Shown here piece after piece: positions 46,028-55,852 of a stretch of 64,000 nucleotides of DNA. This stretch comes from a virus, in the IMG/VR virus record IMGVR_UViG_3300035670_000028, positions 32,001 to 96,000 of that record. One strand, written 5' to 3'. Below the pieces are notes generated by a model. It saw only the letters and a list, made by a program, of their open reading frames with translations, was not told the DNA's origin and ran no database searches. Every line of letters begins with the position of its first letter. The first letter of the stretch is position 1. The translations under genes and the position numbers were made by a program.

Positions 46028-46864
46028 ATGGGAATGGATCCTTCGTCGGTCAACTGTGTCATCTACCACGGAGGGTGCACGGACGGGTTCGGTGCAGCAT
46101 TCTCCGCCTGGAAGTGCCTAGGAAACAGGGCCGAGTACTACGCCTGCAAGCACGGTGAGTCCCCTCCTGATGTTCGAGGAAAGAACGTCGTGATCCTGGA
46201 CTTTTCCTACGACAATGCGACGACGAAGAGGCTGATCTCTGAGGCCGCATCACTGCTCGTGATCGACCACCACAAGTCCGCGATGGTCGAGCTCCACGAT
46301 GTGAGCAACACGCACTTCGATATGAACCACTCGGGCGCCCGGCTCTCGTGGGACTTCTTCCACCCAGGGCACCCACCTCCCAAGCTCATCAACTACATCG
46401 AGGACCGTGACCTGTGGAAGTGGGAGCTGCCCTACTCGAAGGAGTTCAGTGCTGCCTTCGACATGGTGCCCTTCGAGTTTGAGGAGTTCGAGAAGTACGA
46501 GGACGACTCGGTCTTCGACGACGCTGTGAAGCGGGGATCCTACATCCTCGCCTACTCCAAGACCGTGATCAAGAAGGTGTGCGAGAAGGCGGCACTGAGG
46601 CGCTACCAGGGCATGGAGGTGATGGTGGTCAACTCCTCACACTGGATGTCCGAGATCGGAAATAGGCTCTCGCACGACTGTGACTTTGCGGTGATATGGT
46701 ACTACGACCACGAGGACCGCAAGAACAAGGTGAGCCTCCGCGCCTTCCACGACAACGTCGACGTCTCAGAGATCGCGAAGCGGTTCGGCGGCGGCGGCCA
46801 CAAGAAGGCTGCGGGATTTGCTCTGCCTGACGGAAAGCACATCGAGGAGATCTTCGACGTCTGA
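46028..46864 (+). CDS. DHH/DHHA1 phosphoesterase
   Basis: YHGGCTDG, DHHKS, DRDLW, GGGGHKKAAG. Confidence 0.9.
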   Translation: MGMDPSSVNCVIYHGGCTDGFGAAFSAWKCLGNRAEYYACKHGESPPDVRGKNVVILDFSYDNATTKRLISEAASLLVIDHHKSAMVELHDVSNTHFDMNHSGARLSWDFFHPGHPPPKLINYIEDRDLWKWELPYSKEFSAAFDMVPFEFEEFEKYEDDSVFDDAVKRGSYILAYSKTVIKKVCEKAALRRYQGMEVMVVNSSHWMSEIGNRLSHDCDFAVIWYYDHEDRKNKVSLRAFHDNVDVSEIAKRFGGGGHKKAAGFALPDGKHIEEIFDV

Positions 46865-46882
46865 GCTTCATATTTACCAGAC

Positions 46883-47728
46883 ATGAGACCCAGAGTGCTT
46901 GAGGAGTGCATTGTCGTAGGTGGTGCCCTTAAGGGCGACAACTTCCTAGCCAAGTCCAGGGACCGCAACTACACGCCCCATGTGACGATATACCGTGAGC
47001 TGCTCGACAGCGGCATCGAGATCGTCTACATGCACGACGAGGACACCGACTACATGGAGGGCATGAACTCCGAGGGCATCGGCATCGTCAATGCGGCGCT
47101 GCTTGTCGGAGATGATGAGAAAGCGGTCAAGGGCAAGATCAAGTCCACCGACGGCAAGATCATGCGCGCTGCCCTAGAGTGCACAGACCTCAGGACCTGC
47201 ATTCAGACGCTCATCTCCACCGGCGGCGGCATCAAGGGCCACACGCTGGTCGGAAACAGTGACACCCTCTACACGATTGAGATGACGTCCAAGCACAATC
47301 CCGTCATCAACAAGGTGAAGGACACCTCGAAGACCCAGGTGAGGACCAACCACGGCCTCAAGCACGCCGGCGCCGGCTACACGGTTGATCGAAAGCCAGA
47401 CGACTACCTGAGCTCAAAGATCAGGCAGGCGACCGCCGAGGTCCAGGTCGCAGGCGCGGAGGACATCGGTGAGATCGCGCCGTCGCTCGCCCGCCAGACA
47501 TTCGATCCTGAGTCCAACTACAACATGAACCGCAAGACGGACAACATGTCTACCACCTCTCAGTGCGCGATGAACCTCTCCAAGCGCCACTTCAACTTCT
47601 ACTTCTTCCCCACACACTGCGAGTTCAACGGTGTGGTGGACAAGACCCCTGAGGACTACGACCCCCGAGTGAAGATCAACGTCTACAGGTACAAGACTCC
47701 GGGCAGAAAAGGCCTGAGCCTAAAGTAA
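46883..47728 (+). CDS. Ntn-hydrolase (C45/choloylglycine hydrolase-like)
   Basis: C-IVV..AKSRDR, EGMNSEGIGIVN, RTNHG. Confidence 0.75.
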   Translation: MRPRVLEECIVVGGALKGDNFLAKSRDRNYTPHVTIYRELLDSGIEIVYMHDEDTDYMEGMNSEGIGIVNAALLVGDDEKAVKGKIKSTDGKIMRAALECTDLRTCIQTLISTGGGIKGHTLVGNSDTLYTIEMTSKHNPVINKVKDTSKTQVRTNHGLKHAGAGYTVDRKPDDYLSSKIRQATAEVQVAGAEDIGEIAPSLARQTFDPESNYNMNRKTDNMSTTSQCAMNLSKRHFNFYFFPTHCEFNGVVDKTPEDYDPRVKINVYRYKTPGRKGLSLK

Positions 47729-47758
47729 AAACTGCAGCTCCCAGGCTATAATGCCTCC

Positions 47759-48187
47759 ATGAGCGAGCGACCCACGTGGGACAGCGTCTGGATGGACACT
47801 GCCCGAACAATCTCACGCCGATCCTACGACCCACGACACCAGGTGGGGGCCATCGTGGTGACATCAGACAATACCCAGGTGCTCTCCGTTGGCTACAACG
47901 GTAATTACACAGGGGGCCCAAATGAGGTTGAATCTGCGAACCCTGGGGAGTCCGGAATGATACACAGCGAGATCAACGCGCTGCTGAAGATGGACTACAA
48001 CAACCCGAAGCGCAAGGTGATGTACGTCACATTGAGCCCTTGCCGTATGTGCGCGAAGGCGATCGTCAACGCCGGGATCAGCGAGGTCGTGTACGGCGAG
48101 GAGTACAGGGACGCCTCCGGCCTGGATATACTGCGGTCCGCAGGAGTGACAGTGAGGCCTATCAACGAGCCTTCAACTGGGTCGTGA
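47759..48187 (+). CDS. dCMP deaminase
   Basis: VGYNG, HSEINA, LSPCRMCAK. Confidence 0.9.
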   Translation: MSERPTWDSVWMDTARTISRRSYDPRHQVGAIVVTSDNTQVLSVGYNGNYTGGPNEVESANPGESGMIHSEINALLKMDYNNPKRKVMYVTLSPCRMCAKAIVNAGISEVVYGEEYRDASGLDILRSAGVTVRPINEPSTGS

Positions 48188-48231
48188 GCGAGATACCTAT
48201 AGATAGCATTGCGCCTATTGCAGAGAACGAC

Positions 48232-49821
48232 ATGACACAACGTCACAAACACGAAAAGCTGATCCTCAAGCTCCTATCAGAGGATGATAGGATAGAATAT
48301 TGTCTCAATGAAGGAAGGCTAGATATTCTCTCAGAGGCACAGAAAATATCTGAGGAAGACATTCAAAATGTCGCGAAATCCGTTGAGAAGACTGAAAAGG
48401 AGCTTGCGATAATTGCCGCAGCCTCCAAAGACGCAGGTTTCGAAGCGTACTCTGTGTATTTTGATGCGATGCTCAAGCAGATGAAGACTGTCAAGAAGTA
48501 CATTGCGCAGGTGGGAATTGGTGGTATCAAGGATAATATGAGCATAGCACTGACTCTATTATCGCAAGCCATCGCAATGGAAGATTCAGCGACAAAGGCT
48601 GCAAACGGCCTTGAAAAGTCAATAACACTCTTTGCAAAAGAGTTGGCGCCTCTAATCGAAGATGATAAGAAAGACACACCACTAGAAGATCTAGCAACAG
48701 ATGAGAGCAATGGCCTACCATCAGTAGATGAGCTCACAAAAGGTCTGCAAAAGGCTTTCGAAGGAGCTGGTCTAACAAAGAAAGAAGAGCAAGGCGGTTT
48801 GTTTAGTAAGCTGATGTCCTTCGGTAAGAAGATGTACAAGAAGCTTACAGGATCTGATGCAGAGAAAGAAGAGATCAAGAAGGCTGAAAAAGTTGCTGCA
48901 GCTGTAAAGAAATTGCAAAATGACGCGAGACCAATGCCTGATCCAGGTGATGCCATTTCTGCAATCCTAAAAATGTCGTTAAATCAGCTTGAGAAATTTG
49001 TAGGCGGTCTGAAAAAAGCGAAAGCCAAGCCTCCCCCAAAGGGTGCTCTAAAAACACTAGCAGCAAAGGTTGAAGCCACACCACCCACAGGCGGTTCAGA
49101 AGAAGGTGGTAAGGACAAAAAAGCAGGAAGTGAGAAGACAGCAGCAGTCGCGTCAAAACTATCAGTCAAAGACCTTGAAGGTGAGTTGACCAAGGTTGTG
49201 GGCGATAATGAAGAGACAAAAAAGCTAATTCCTGGTGCAATTGCAGCAATTCGAGGTATTGATTCTCTCAAAGACATTATTGCAGACGCTAAAATTGCAT
49301 TGCACAAACAAAGCTTATCATATCTTCTTTTTGAAGCTGAGAGTGATCCTGCTCCTGAAGATAAGAAGACAGAAGATAAAGAGGCAAAAAAAGTTGAGTT
49401 TGAAACTGTGCTAAAAGCAGTTTCAGGTGCTGTCAAAAATGAAGAAGTTGCGAAGCAGCTAACAGCCGCGGCTTTTAAGTTCATGAAGGAAAAAGGAATC
49501 AGCGTAGGCGATTTGCCTGCTGATGTTACTGCTCAGCCTGACAGCAAACCAGATGACAAGTCTGGTGGTGGAATTGTTCCAGATGAAAAATTCAACGATG
49601 TCTTCAATAATAGTAAGCTATGGATTCAGACTCCCAAGAAAAGAAAGTCTATTCTGAATCCTACAAATCCCGCTAATAAACAAGCACGCCAAAACTGGAA
49701 AGATGAATTCAACAAATCAGCAGGAAAAAAAGTCTTTGAAAGAAAGCACATCGAAGACACATCAATCAGTGAAGGCGTTGACAGAATTCTTAAGCTCGCT
49801 GGCATAAAGGACGAGGAGTGA
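48232..49821 (+). CDS. Large helical Lys/Glu-rich late protein (probable internal head protein)
   Basis: Multiple LxE sites (LLSE, LNE, LLFE); AT-rich; ATACCTA upstream. Confidence 0.5.
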   Translation: MTQRHKHEKLILKLLSEDDRIEYCLNEGRLDILSEAQKISEEDIQNVAKSVEKTEKELAIIAAASKDAGFEAYSVYFDAMLKQMKTVKKYIAQVGIGGIKDNMSIALTLLSQAIAMEDSATKAANGLEKSITLFAKELAPLIEDDKKDTPLEDLATDESNGLPSVDELTKGLQKAFEGAGLTKKEEQGGLFSKLMSFGKKMYKKLTGSDAEKEEIKKAEKVAAAVKKLQNDARPMPDPGDAISAILKMSLNQLEKFVGGLKKAKAKPPPKGALKTLAAKVEATPPTGGSEEGGKDKKAGSEKTAAVASKLSVKDLEGELTKVVGDNEETKKLIPGAIAAIRGIDSLKDIIADAKIALHKQSLSYLLFEAESDPAPEDKKTEDKEAKKVEFETVLKAVSGAVKNEEVAKQLTAAAFKFMKEKGISVGDLPADVTAQPDSKPDDKSGGGIVPDEKFNDVFNNSKLWIQTPKKRKSILNPTNPANKQARQNWKDEFNKSAGKKVFERKHIEDTSISEGVDRILKLAGIKDEE

Positions 49822-49822
49822 C

Positions 49823-50242
49823 ATGGCAAAGCTGAATGAGTCAAAGATCGTTGAGGCCATGCGCCTCGCCTATCTCCGGAGGCTCCACGAGGTGATCGGT
49901 GAGACCGACGTGAAGGACAAGAGGGGTAATGTGGTGATCTCTCCCGGTCTCAAGGTCCGTCACAAGAAGTCACAGTTCGAGTACACTGTGTCATCTGTGA
50001 AGGAGGATCCGAAGTCAGGCGACGTGGTGATCACTCTCAAGAGCCCTGAGATGCCGCGTTTCACGCCTTCCGGTGGGCAGGAGTTCGTGGGCGAGGAGAC
50101 ACCTCTACTGACAGGCGCCGCTCCTACCTCGGGTCACGATGAGGAGCTCGCAGCAATGGCTCAGCCGGACGCTGTCGAGGGCGAGGAGACCGTCTTCATG
50201 GTGGATGAGAAGGAGTTCAAGAAGGACTACGAGGTGAAGTGA
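49823..50242 (+). CDS. Hypothetical late protein
   Basis: KLNE..RRLHE. Confidence 0.55.
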   Translation: MAKLNESKIVEAMRLAYLRRLHEVIGETDVKDKRGNVVISPGLKVRHKKSQFEYTVSSVKEDPKSGDVVITLKSPEMPRFTPSGGQEFVGEETPLLTGAAPTSGHDEELAAMAQPDAVEGEETVFMVDEKEFKKDYEVK

Positions 50243-50937
50243 TGCACATCGACGACGACATCAAGAAGGAGATCCGCCGCTCCCTAGGCCTTCCGGAGCG
50301 GAGGGCAGAGTCAAAGATCAATGAGGCGTACGTTGTTGAGCCCAAGTCCTACACGCTCAAGACCGACTTCCTGAGCGACAAGGCGAAGAAGGCCCGCATC
50401 GACGACTTCAGCGCGAACGCCAAGTCACTAAACGCTGTGAGCGCGAAGCTGGACACCGCCTCAAGGGACGATGCGGACGACCGCTCCTCGGAGTTCAGGT
50501 CGCTCAAGGTCGACGAGGCGCACTGCCTCAATGAGGCCTTCCTCAGGGCGCGCCACTTCGACAACATCGACGATCCCAGGAGCCAGATCTCCATGGACAC
50601 ACTTTCCTTCATGCGCCTCGAGCGGGACTTCGGCGGATTCGACGCGTGGCAGAAGGACTTCATAGCCTGCGGCATGTCGGCACGCAGTGGTTACGTTGTG
50701 ACCGCCTACAACATCCTGCTCGGCAGGTACATGAACCTCGTGGTCGACGCGGGAGGCTGCAACATACCGATCGGATGCATGCCCATCGTTGTTCTCGACG
50801 TCTCAGAGGGCGCGTACTACCGGGACTACATCGGTGATCGCAAGACCTACATCATCGCAATGATGAAGGAGCTCAACTGGGACGTCATCGAGGAGCGCGT
50901 CAAGAAGGCTGAGAGGATCGCGAAGGTGATGGCATGA
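50242..50937 (+). CDS. Fe/Mn superoxide dismutase-like protein, metal ligands degenerate
   Basis: ERDFGGFDAWQKDF..SGY..PIVVLDVSEGAYYRDY..LNW. Confidence 0.7.
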   Translation: MHIDDDIKKEIRRSLGLPERRAESKINEAYVVEPKSYTLKTDFLSDKAKKARIDDFSANAKSLNAVSAKLDTASRDDADDRSSEFRSLKVDEAHCLNEAFLRARHFDNIDDPRSQISMDTLSFMRLERDFGGFDAWQKDFIACGMSARSGYVVTAYNILLGRYMNLVVDAGGCNIPIGCMPIVVLDVSEGAYYRDYIGDRKTYIIAMMKELNWDVIEERVKKAERIAKVMA

Positions 50938-51875
50938 GACCCACATCAAAGACAGGACCGGTTCAGGCGACACAGCACGATCCCATGCATGGGCCAACAC
51001 CCACCTGGGTTCACGGAAAGGGTCGCCGCCCAGGCACGCTTCTCATCGGATCAAAGTCAGGCGCAGACACACGTGAAGTGCCTGCAAACAGCGTCAAGTT
51101 TAAGTTCGGCCCGGACACTGAGATGTTTGGGATTCCCTACACAGACCCATATGCGCAGAATGAGTCTGCCGGCTTCAAGCTCACTAGGGCACAGCTTCGT
51201 GCCATGATCCTCGAGGTTCTCACTGAGGGTGAGGACGAGGGCGGTGATGAAGGCGGCGATGATCTCTTTGGTGACGCCGAGGGCGGCGAAGACGAAGAGG
51301 GCGGAGATGAGGGCGGTGAGGAAGCGGGCGGCGAAGAGAGTGGAGATAAAGAGGGAGGAGATGAGGGTGGCGGCGAGGAAGGGGGTGACGAGGAAGAAGC
51401 TGCCGACGACAGCGAAAAGGACGAGGAAAAGGAGCCTGAGCCCACAGGCCCGGTTGGAGACGAGGTCGATATCGCCCTGAAGGACGTTATGGCTGACTTT
51501 GAGAAGCGCGCCCTGGACGCTGCAAAGGCGAAGGGAGAGCTCAAGCCTGTCGATGCGGTCAAGAAGGAGGGACGTGTGTCCCTTGCACGTCTACTGTTCG
51601 AGGAGGAGGAGACACCGCTCATGGACATGGGCACGTTCGCTGCAGATGTTGCTAGGCTCATCAGCAACTACGACTCCCTCATCGACATGGAGGCAGTGAT
51701 CTACACAAAGGCGAAGGATTTCCTGGAGAAGAAGTACGGCAAGGAGTACTCCGACCAGCTGGAGGATATACTCGCTCGTGAGTACAACATAGAATTCGAC
51801 CACGAGTATGACCCAGAGAAAGCAGAGCAGCCGATCTTCGCAGTCGGCGCCACAGCGGCGGCCGCAGGCGCCTGA
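50934..51875 (+). CDS. Acidic tagged late protein
   Basis: KLTRAQLRAMILEVLTE, Gly/Glu tract, SLARLLFE. Confidence 0.6.
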   Translation: MRPTSKTGPVQATQHDPMHGPTPTWVHGKGRRPGTLLIGSKSGADTREVPANSVKFKFGPDTEMFGIPYTDPYAQNESAGFKLTRAQLRAMILEVLTEGEDEGGDEGGDDLFGDAEGGEDEEGGDEGGEEAGGEESGDKEGGDEGGGEEGGDEEEAADDSEKDEEKEPEPTGPVGDEVDIALKDVMADFEKRALDAAKAKGELKPVDAVKKEGRVSLARLLFEEEETPLMDMGTFAADVARLISNYDSLIDMEAVIYTKAKDFLEKKYGKEYSDQLEDILAREYNIEFDHEYDPEKAEQPIFAVGATAAAAGA

Positions 51876-52197
51876 TCTCAATCGTCGCCTGATCGACTAT
51901 CAGACTCGTAAGTCGATCCATATCACTCTCACAAAGTCCACGCACGCAGATCTCAGGACCCTGCTCTTCAAGCGCGGCCTGTCCATGCAGGAGGTATTCA
52001 ATCGGCTTGCGTCTCTCATCTGTGAGCAGAACCCACACCTTTCAAGGCTCCTCGACGGCATTGAGCTCGAGAAGAAGGAGCGGCAAATCAAGCAGGTTAC
52101 ACGCACAGACGCCGAGTCTATATTTGAGCTTATAGAGACAGCAAATCCCTTTGAGACTGAAGAGGACATAGAAGAGGAAGATGAGCACATCGATTAA
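51808..52197 (+). CDS. RHH-like DNA-binding protein (start uncertain)
   Basis: RKSIHITLTKSTHADLR..GLSMQEVF. Confidence 0.5.
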   Translation: MTQRKQSSRSSQSAPQRRPQAPDLNRRLIDYQTRKSIHITLTKSTHADLRTLLFKRGLSMQEVFNRLASLICEQNPHLSRLLDGIELEKKERQIKQVTRTDAESIFELIETANPFETEEDIEEEDEHID

Positions 52198-52552
52198 GAA
52201 AATAGTACTGGACATCATTGCGGGAGCAATTCAGCCTGTCTCAGGCTCGTCGCTGAGAATCGATGAGATGCAGAAGAAGATAGAGGACCTCAGCGAGGAG
52301 AACACTAAGCTCAAGCGTCTCTATCTGAAGACCACTGTTGACATGAACAGCATGCAGGAGATTGTGAAGGTCATGGCAATGAATCAGGCACAGCTGGCGT
52401 CTGATCTCCACACGATATACACAGCTGTCAGGGACGCGGGCATCATCGAGGAGCTTGATGAGGAGGCACCCATGGAGACTGCTTCTGAGGCAACCTCAAT
52501 GTGGGTCACGAGGTCAGGATCATTGGGCGGCACTGGCGGAATGCTAAACTGA
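52181..52552 (+). CDS. Coiled-coil protein
   Basis: Heptad pattern. Confidence 0.5.
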   Translation: MSTSIKKIVLDIIAGAIQPVSGSSLRIDEMQKKIEDLSEENTKLKRLYLKTTVDMNSMQEIVKVMAMNQAQLASDLHTIYTAVRDAGIIEELDEEAPMETASEATSMWVTRSGSLGGTGGMLN

Positions 52553-52571
52553 TCGCATACCTAATCTTGAG

Positions 52572-52982
52572 GTGCTCATGACAGAGATCAATCTGACAGG
52601 CCTCACGACTGCTACTAAGGGCACGTGGGCCTGGGTAAAAGAAAACTGGCTCACCCTGGTTCTTGCTGTTGCGCTCATTGGCTGTGCCTACGTAATGCTT
52701 TCTCAGAAGTCGGCAATGAATGCTGTGCTCGAGCAGTACAGGGCACAAATAACTGAGTCGCACAACGACATCACGCAGTTAGAGAGTGTCGTTGAGAGTG
52801 AGAGAACAGCCAGAGAGACAATGCAGCGTGAGTTCAATGAGAGGATCAATGAGATCGACGAGCGCTACACGAAGGCGATAAACGACATACGCAGGGATCG
52901 TGCACGACGGATCAGAGAGCTCATGGAAAACACTCCAGAGCTCGACAATCGATTCGGCGAAAGGTTTGGGATACCTGAATGA
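52572..52982 (+). CDS. i-spanin-like protein
   Basis: N-terminal TM then long coiled coil. Confidence 0.55.
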   Translation: MLMTEINLTGLTTATKGTWAWVKENWLTLVLAVALIGCAYVMLSQKSAMNAVLEQYRAQITESHNDITQLESVVESERTARETMQREFNERINEIDERYTKAINDIRRDRARRIRELMENTPELDNRFGERFGIPE

Positions 52983-53563
52983 TGTTAGCAAAAAGAATAG
53001 TGTCGCTGCTGTGTGCCTGCACGCTCCTGGTGGGCTGCAATAGAACGCCACCCGTGAGTCCAGAGGCTAACTCAACATCTGGCGGTGAGGAGTCACTCCT
53101 CGCTCCCTTGGTCGAGGAAGCGCTCACAGAGCTGCCCCTCGTTGAGGCGCCCACCGTGGAGAGAAACACGTCAACCACAGCGAGGAGGTACCGTGTCACA
53201 CTCGGCATGCCTGCTCCCGCGTCAGGACTTCTGCTGAACGATGAGGCGGAGGCGTACGTGTTCGCTGAGTCAGAGGCGTTTGAGGCAAGGTGTAGAGCAG
53301 CAATAACGTCCCAACGAGATAGGGACGCTGTTCGCCTCAGCCTGGAAGTCGGTGAGCTGCGTCTCCAGATGAACTCAGATCGAGAGCGCTTTCGGATTAT
53401 TCTGGACGGCAGAGATAGGGAGATACAGCGTCTCATGAGCCTAAATGAGACCCTCTCCGGCAGCGCCGACGAGTTCCCCTTGGAGGAAGTGCTGCTTGGC
53501 ATTGGTGCCCTCGCCGTTGGCCTTGTGGGTGGCTTTGCTGTAGGTTTCCTCTACAATCCCTGA
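52979..53563 (+). CDS. Spanin-like lipoprotein with C-terminal TM
   Basis: Signal with lipobox LLVG-C; C-terminal VLLGIGALAVGLVGGFAVGFLY. Confidence 0.55.
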   Translation: MMLAKRIVSLLCACTLLVGCNRTPPVSPEANSTSGGEESLLAPLVEEALTELPLVEAPTVERNTSTTARRYRVTLGMPAPASGLLLNDEAEAYVFAESEAFEARCRAAITSQRDRDAVRLSLEVGELRLQMNSDRERFRIILDGRDREIQRLMSLNETLSGSADEFPLEEVLLGIGALAVGLVGGFAVGFLYNP

Positions 53564-53621
53564 TCCTCCTGTAAATCATACGCATATTTAGTAGAGTCCA
53601 CAGAACGGACTGGAGATCACC

Positions 53622-54971
53622 GTGAAACTGAAGCACAGCACGCTCGAGAAGGCGATACGCGCCGCACTCTTTGAGGACATCACATACCACATGCCTGACG
53701 TGGCCTACGGCATTCACGATAGGCCTGGCCCTAAAGAGGACACAGATCCTGACTTTAAGCCAACTGTTCCACCCCAGGTTCCACTTAAACCCACTGAGAT
53801 GATGTCGACCCAGCTAGCGGACGAGAAGCCGCCTGTTGAGGATGAGAACTACGCGCCCACCTCCGTGTCAGATCTCAGGCAGGCAGCCTCTGCTCTCGCT
53901 TCAATGGTTCCACCTGATAAGGTTGAGCAGTTCTACAGGCAGATGCACAAGATGCTGGATGACGCGAAGACAGCAGACGCGGACGGAAAGACAGTTCGCT
54001 CCAAGCAGGTCCAGTCCGAGATTGAGGGTGAGGATGAGGAGGAAGGCATGATTTTGCGCAAGGAATCAAGGAAGAGGAACCGTAAGGTTGACATGCGGCG
54101 TGTTGCCGAGTCTATCCGAAAGCTCGCCAAGGTGATCAAGGAGGGACGCTGGGGCGACGAGCCGCTGGGCGCAGGTGATGAGAGATCGAGGCTCCGGAGC
54201 CCATACGATCCCGAATACGCCAAGAGCAGGTACTACGATGAGCCTGAGTACCAGGACTTCAGCGACGTCGAGGAGGAGACAGCTCAGGAGGAGGTCGTTG
54301 AGGACGCTGATGAGTCGATCCTGAAGCAGCTCGCCCTTGAGTACGGCTTCGGCAAGGACGCCAACTCCATGAGGCAGGCGCTCCACAGGCTGTTCAAGCT
54401 GATGAACTACATGATCACAAAGATCGGCGCGAAGAACATCGACATCATGATGGGAACTGTTGTGCCAGAGTTCGTGAACACTGCAGTTGAGGCAGGTATA
54501 TTTGAGCCCGAGGACGCGACTGATCTAATGACCAATCCTGTTCACGTCAAGAAACTCGACTCGTTCAGGTTCTACTTCAATGAGCTCTATCGGCCCGTCT
54601 ACCAGAAGCTTCGAGCTGGTGCTGAGAAGTCTGCACGTGATAAGATCGCGTCCCTCGGCATTCCAAAGGCCATTCAGGACACTGTTTTCAATCAGGCCAC
54701 TGGTGGCGCTGAGAGGAAGATGTCGACCATCGTCAAGCGCCTCGAGAAGGCGGGGGTCTCAGCAGCTGATAAGCAGAAGGCGCTTGAGACAGTGCGTCAA
54801 AACTTCACAGCAATTCAGAAGGAGCTGAGCAACATTCCTGCAACCCTCTTGGACAGCGTGCACGATGAGGTCGACCGAATGGGAGACAAGAAGAAGCAAG
54901 AGATGATTCTCAAGGCATTTGGTCTCACCAAGGAGTGGCAGGAGGAAGAAGCAGCACGTGCCAAGAGGTAA
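53622..54971 (+). CDS. Tagged late protein
   Basis: LEKAIRAALFE; IRKLAKVIKE; ATATTTA at 53584. Confidence 0.6.
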   Translation: MKLKHSTLEKAIRAALFEDITYHMPDVAYGIHDRPGPKEDTDPDFKPTVPPQVPLKPTEMMSTQLADEKPPVEDENYAPTSVSDLRQAASALASMVPPDKVEQFYRQMHKMLDDAKTADADGKTVRSKQVQSEIEGEDEEEGMILRKESRKRNRKVDMRRVAESIRKLAKVIKEGRWGDEPLGAGDERSRLRSPYDPEYAKSRYYDEPEYQDFSDVEEETAQEEVVEDADESILKQLALEYGFGKDANSMRQALHRLFKLMNYMITKIGAKNIDIMMGTVVPEFVNTAVEAGIFEPEDATDLMTNPVHVKKLDSFRFYFNELYRPVYQKLRAGAEKSARDKIASLGIPKAIQDTVFNQATGGAERKMSTIVKRLEKAGVSAADKQKALETVRQNFTAIQKELSNIPATLLDSVHDEVDRMGDKKKQEMILKAFGLTKEWQEEEAARAKR

Positions 54972-54973
54972 CA

Positions 54974-55393
54974 ATGCGTCGATTGCTCAAAGAGATGATG
55001 GAGAACTACCTGGACGATCTCGAGAGCCACACGCCTCAGATTCCTGAAGTTCCAATGCTCAGTAGGATGCCTGGCTCTCAGCAGCTCCCTGTCAAGCCAC
55101 GCGCGACGACTTGGGTGGTCGACAAGAGCAAGAATTGCCTGCAGCGAACATTTGAGTTCGACTCTCACACTCGCATGTGCGACTTCGTTAGGGAGCTGCT
55201 CGACTATGAGATGTCGACGCAGCACTACGGCAGGATCCTGTGCGAGTTTCCAAGCGTGTCGATTGAGGTCCGGACCCACGATCTGGACGCAGTGACAGAG
55301 CTCGACAAGGAGTACGCTAGACACTGCGACATGATTTTTGACGATGTGATTCACTTCCGACAGAATGAGAACTTTATAGATGACGTCTACTAA
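54974..55393 (+). CDS. Pterin-4a-carbinolamine dehydratase-like protein
   Basis: LQRTFEF..F..QHY..V.I..THDLDAVTELD. Confidence 0.65.
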   Translation: MRRLLKEMMENYLDDLESHTPQIPEVPMLSRMPGSQQLPVKPRATTWVVDKSKNCLQRTFEFDSHTRMCDFVRELLDYEMSTQHYGRILCEFPSVSIEVRTHDLDAVTELDKEYARHCDMIFDDVIHFRQNENFIDDVY

Positions 55394-55829
55394 AAAACAG
55401 AAGATCGATGACGAGTGGTCAAGAGTGTCGCAGAATCCTGACAACATGATTGTGAGCGATGTCATTAAGGAGAGCATAGACAAGCTGCTCAGTGTCAAGG
55501 ACACAGCGGTTTCATCAGTGCCACCAGTTGTCTCACTCTCTGGAGAGGGTATTGAGCTTAGCATGGAGATGAGCAGGATTGACATGGCACCCAATGGGTG
55601 GTCTGTGTCCTGCATTGCTGGGATGAGTGACGGATACTCTCTGATTGGCACAGATAGGAAGAAGTGGAAGAGGATAGCAGTCTGCGCTGAGCCAGGAGCA
55701 GCTCCTCTCTGGCAGGCAGACATAAGGGCTGATGTGATTCGCGTGGAGGTTGAATTCCCCGCAGCCACAGGTCTCAGCATTGTGAATCTGTCTTGCTCCA
55801 ACGAGCGTGAACAAACACGCGTACTGTGA
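55380..55829 (+). CDS. Hypothetical protein
   Basis: Overlapping ORF. Confidence 0.45.
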   Translation: MTSTKKQKIDDEWSRVSQNPDNMIVSDVIKESIDKLLSVKDTAVSSVPPVVSLSGEGIELSMEMSRIDMAPNGWSVSCIAGMSDGYSLIGTDRKKWKRIAVCAEPGAAPLWQADIRADVIRVEVEFPAATGLSIVNLSCSNEREQTRVL

Positions 55830-55852
55830 ATATTTAAGGGCTGGAGACCAAG

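Noticed and set aside
51226-51440. GAG/GGC-rich repeat as a non-coding element
   Set aside because: It encodes an in-frame Gly/Glu/Asp low-complexity linker
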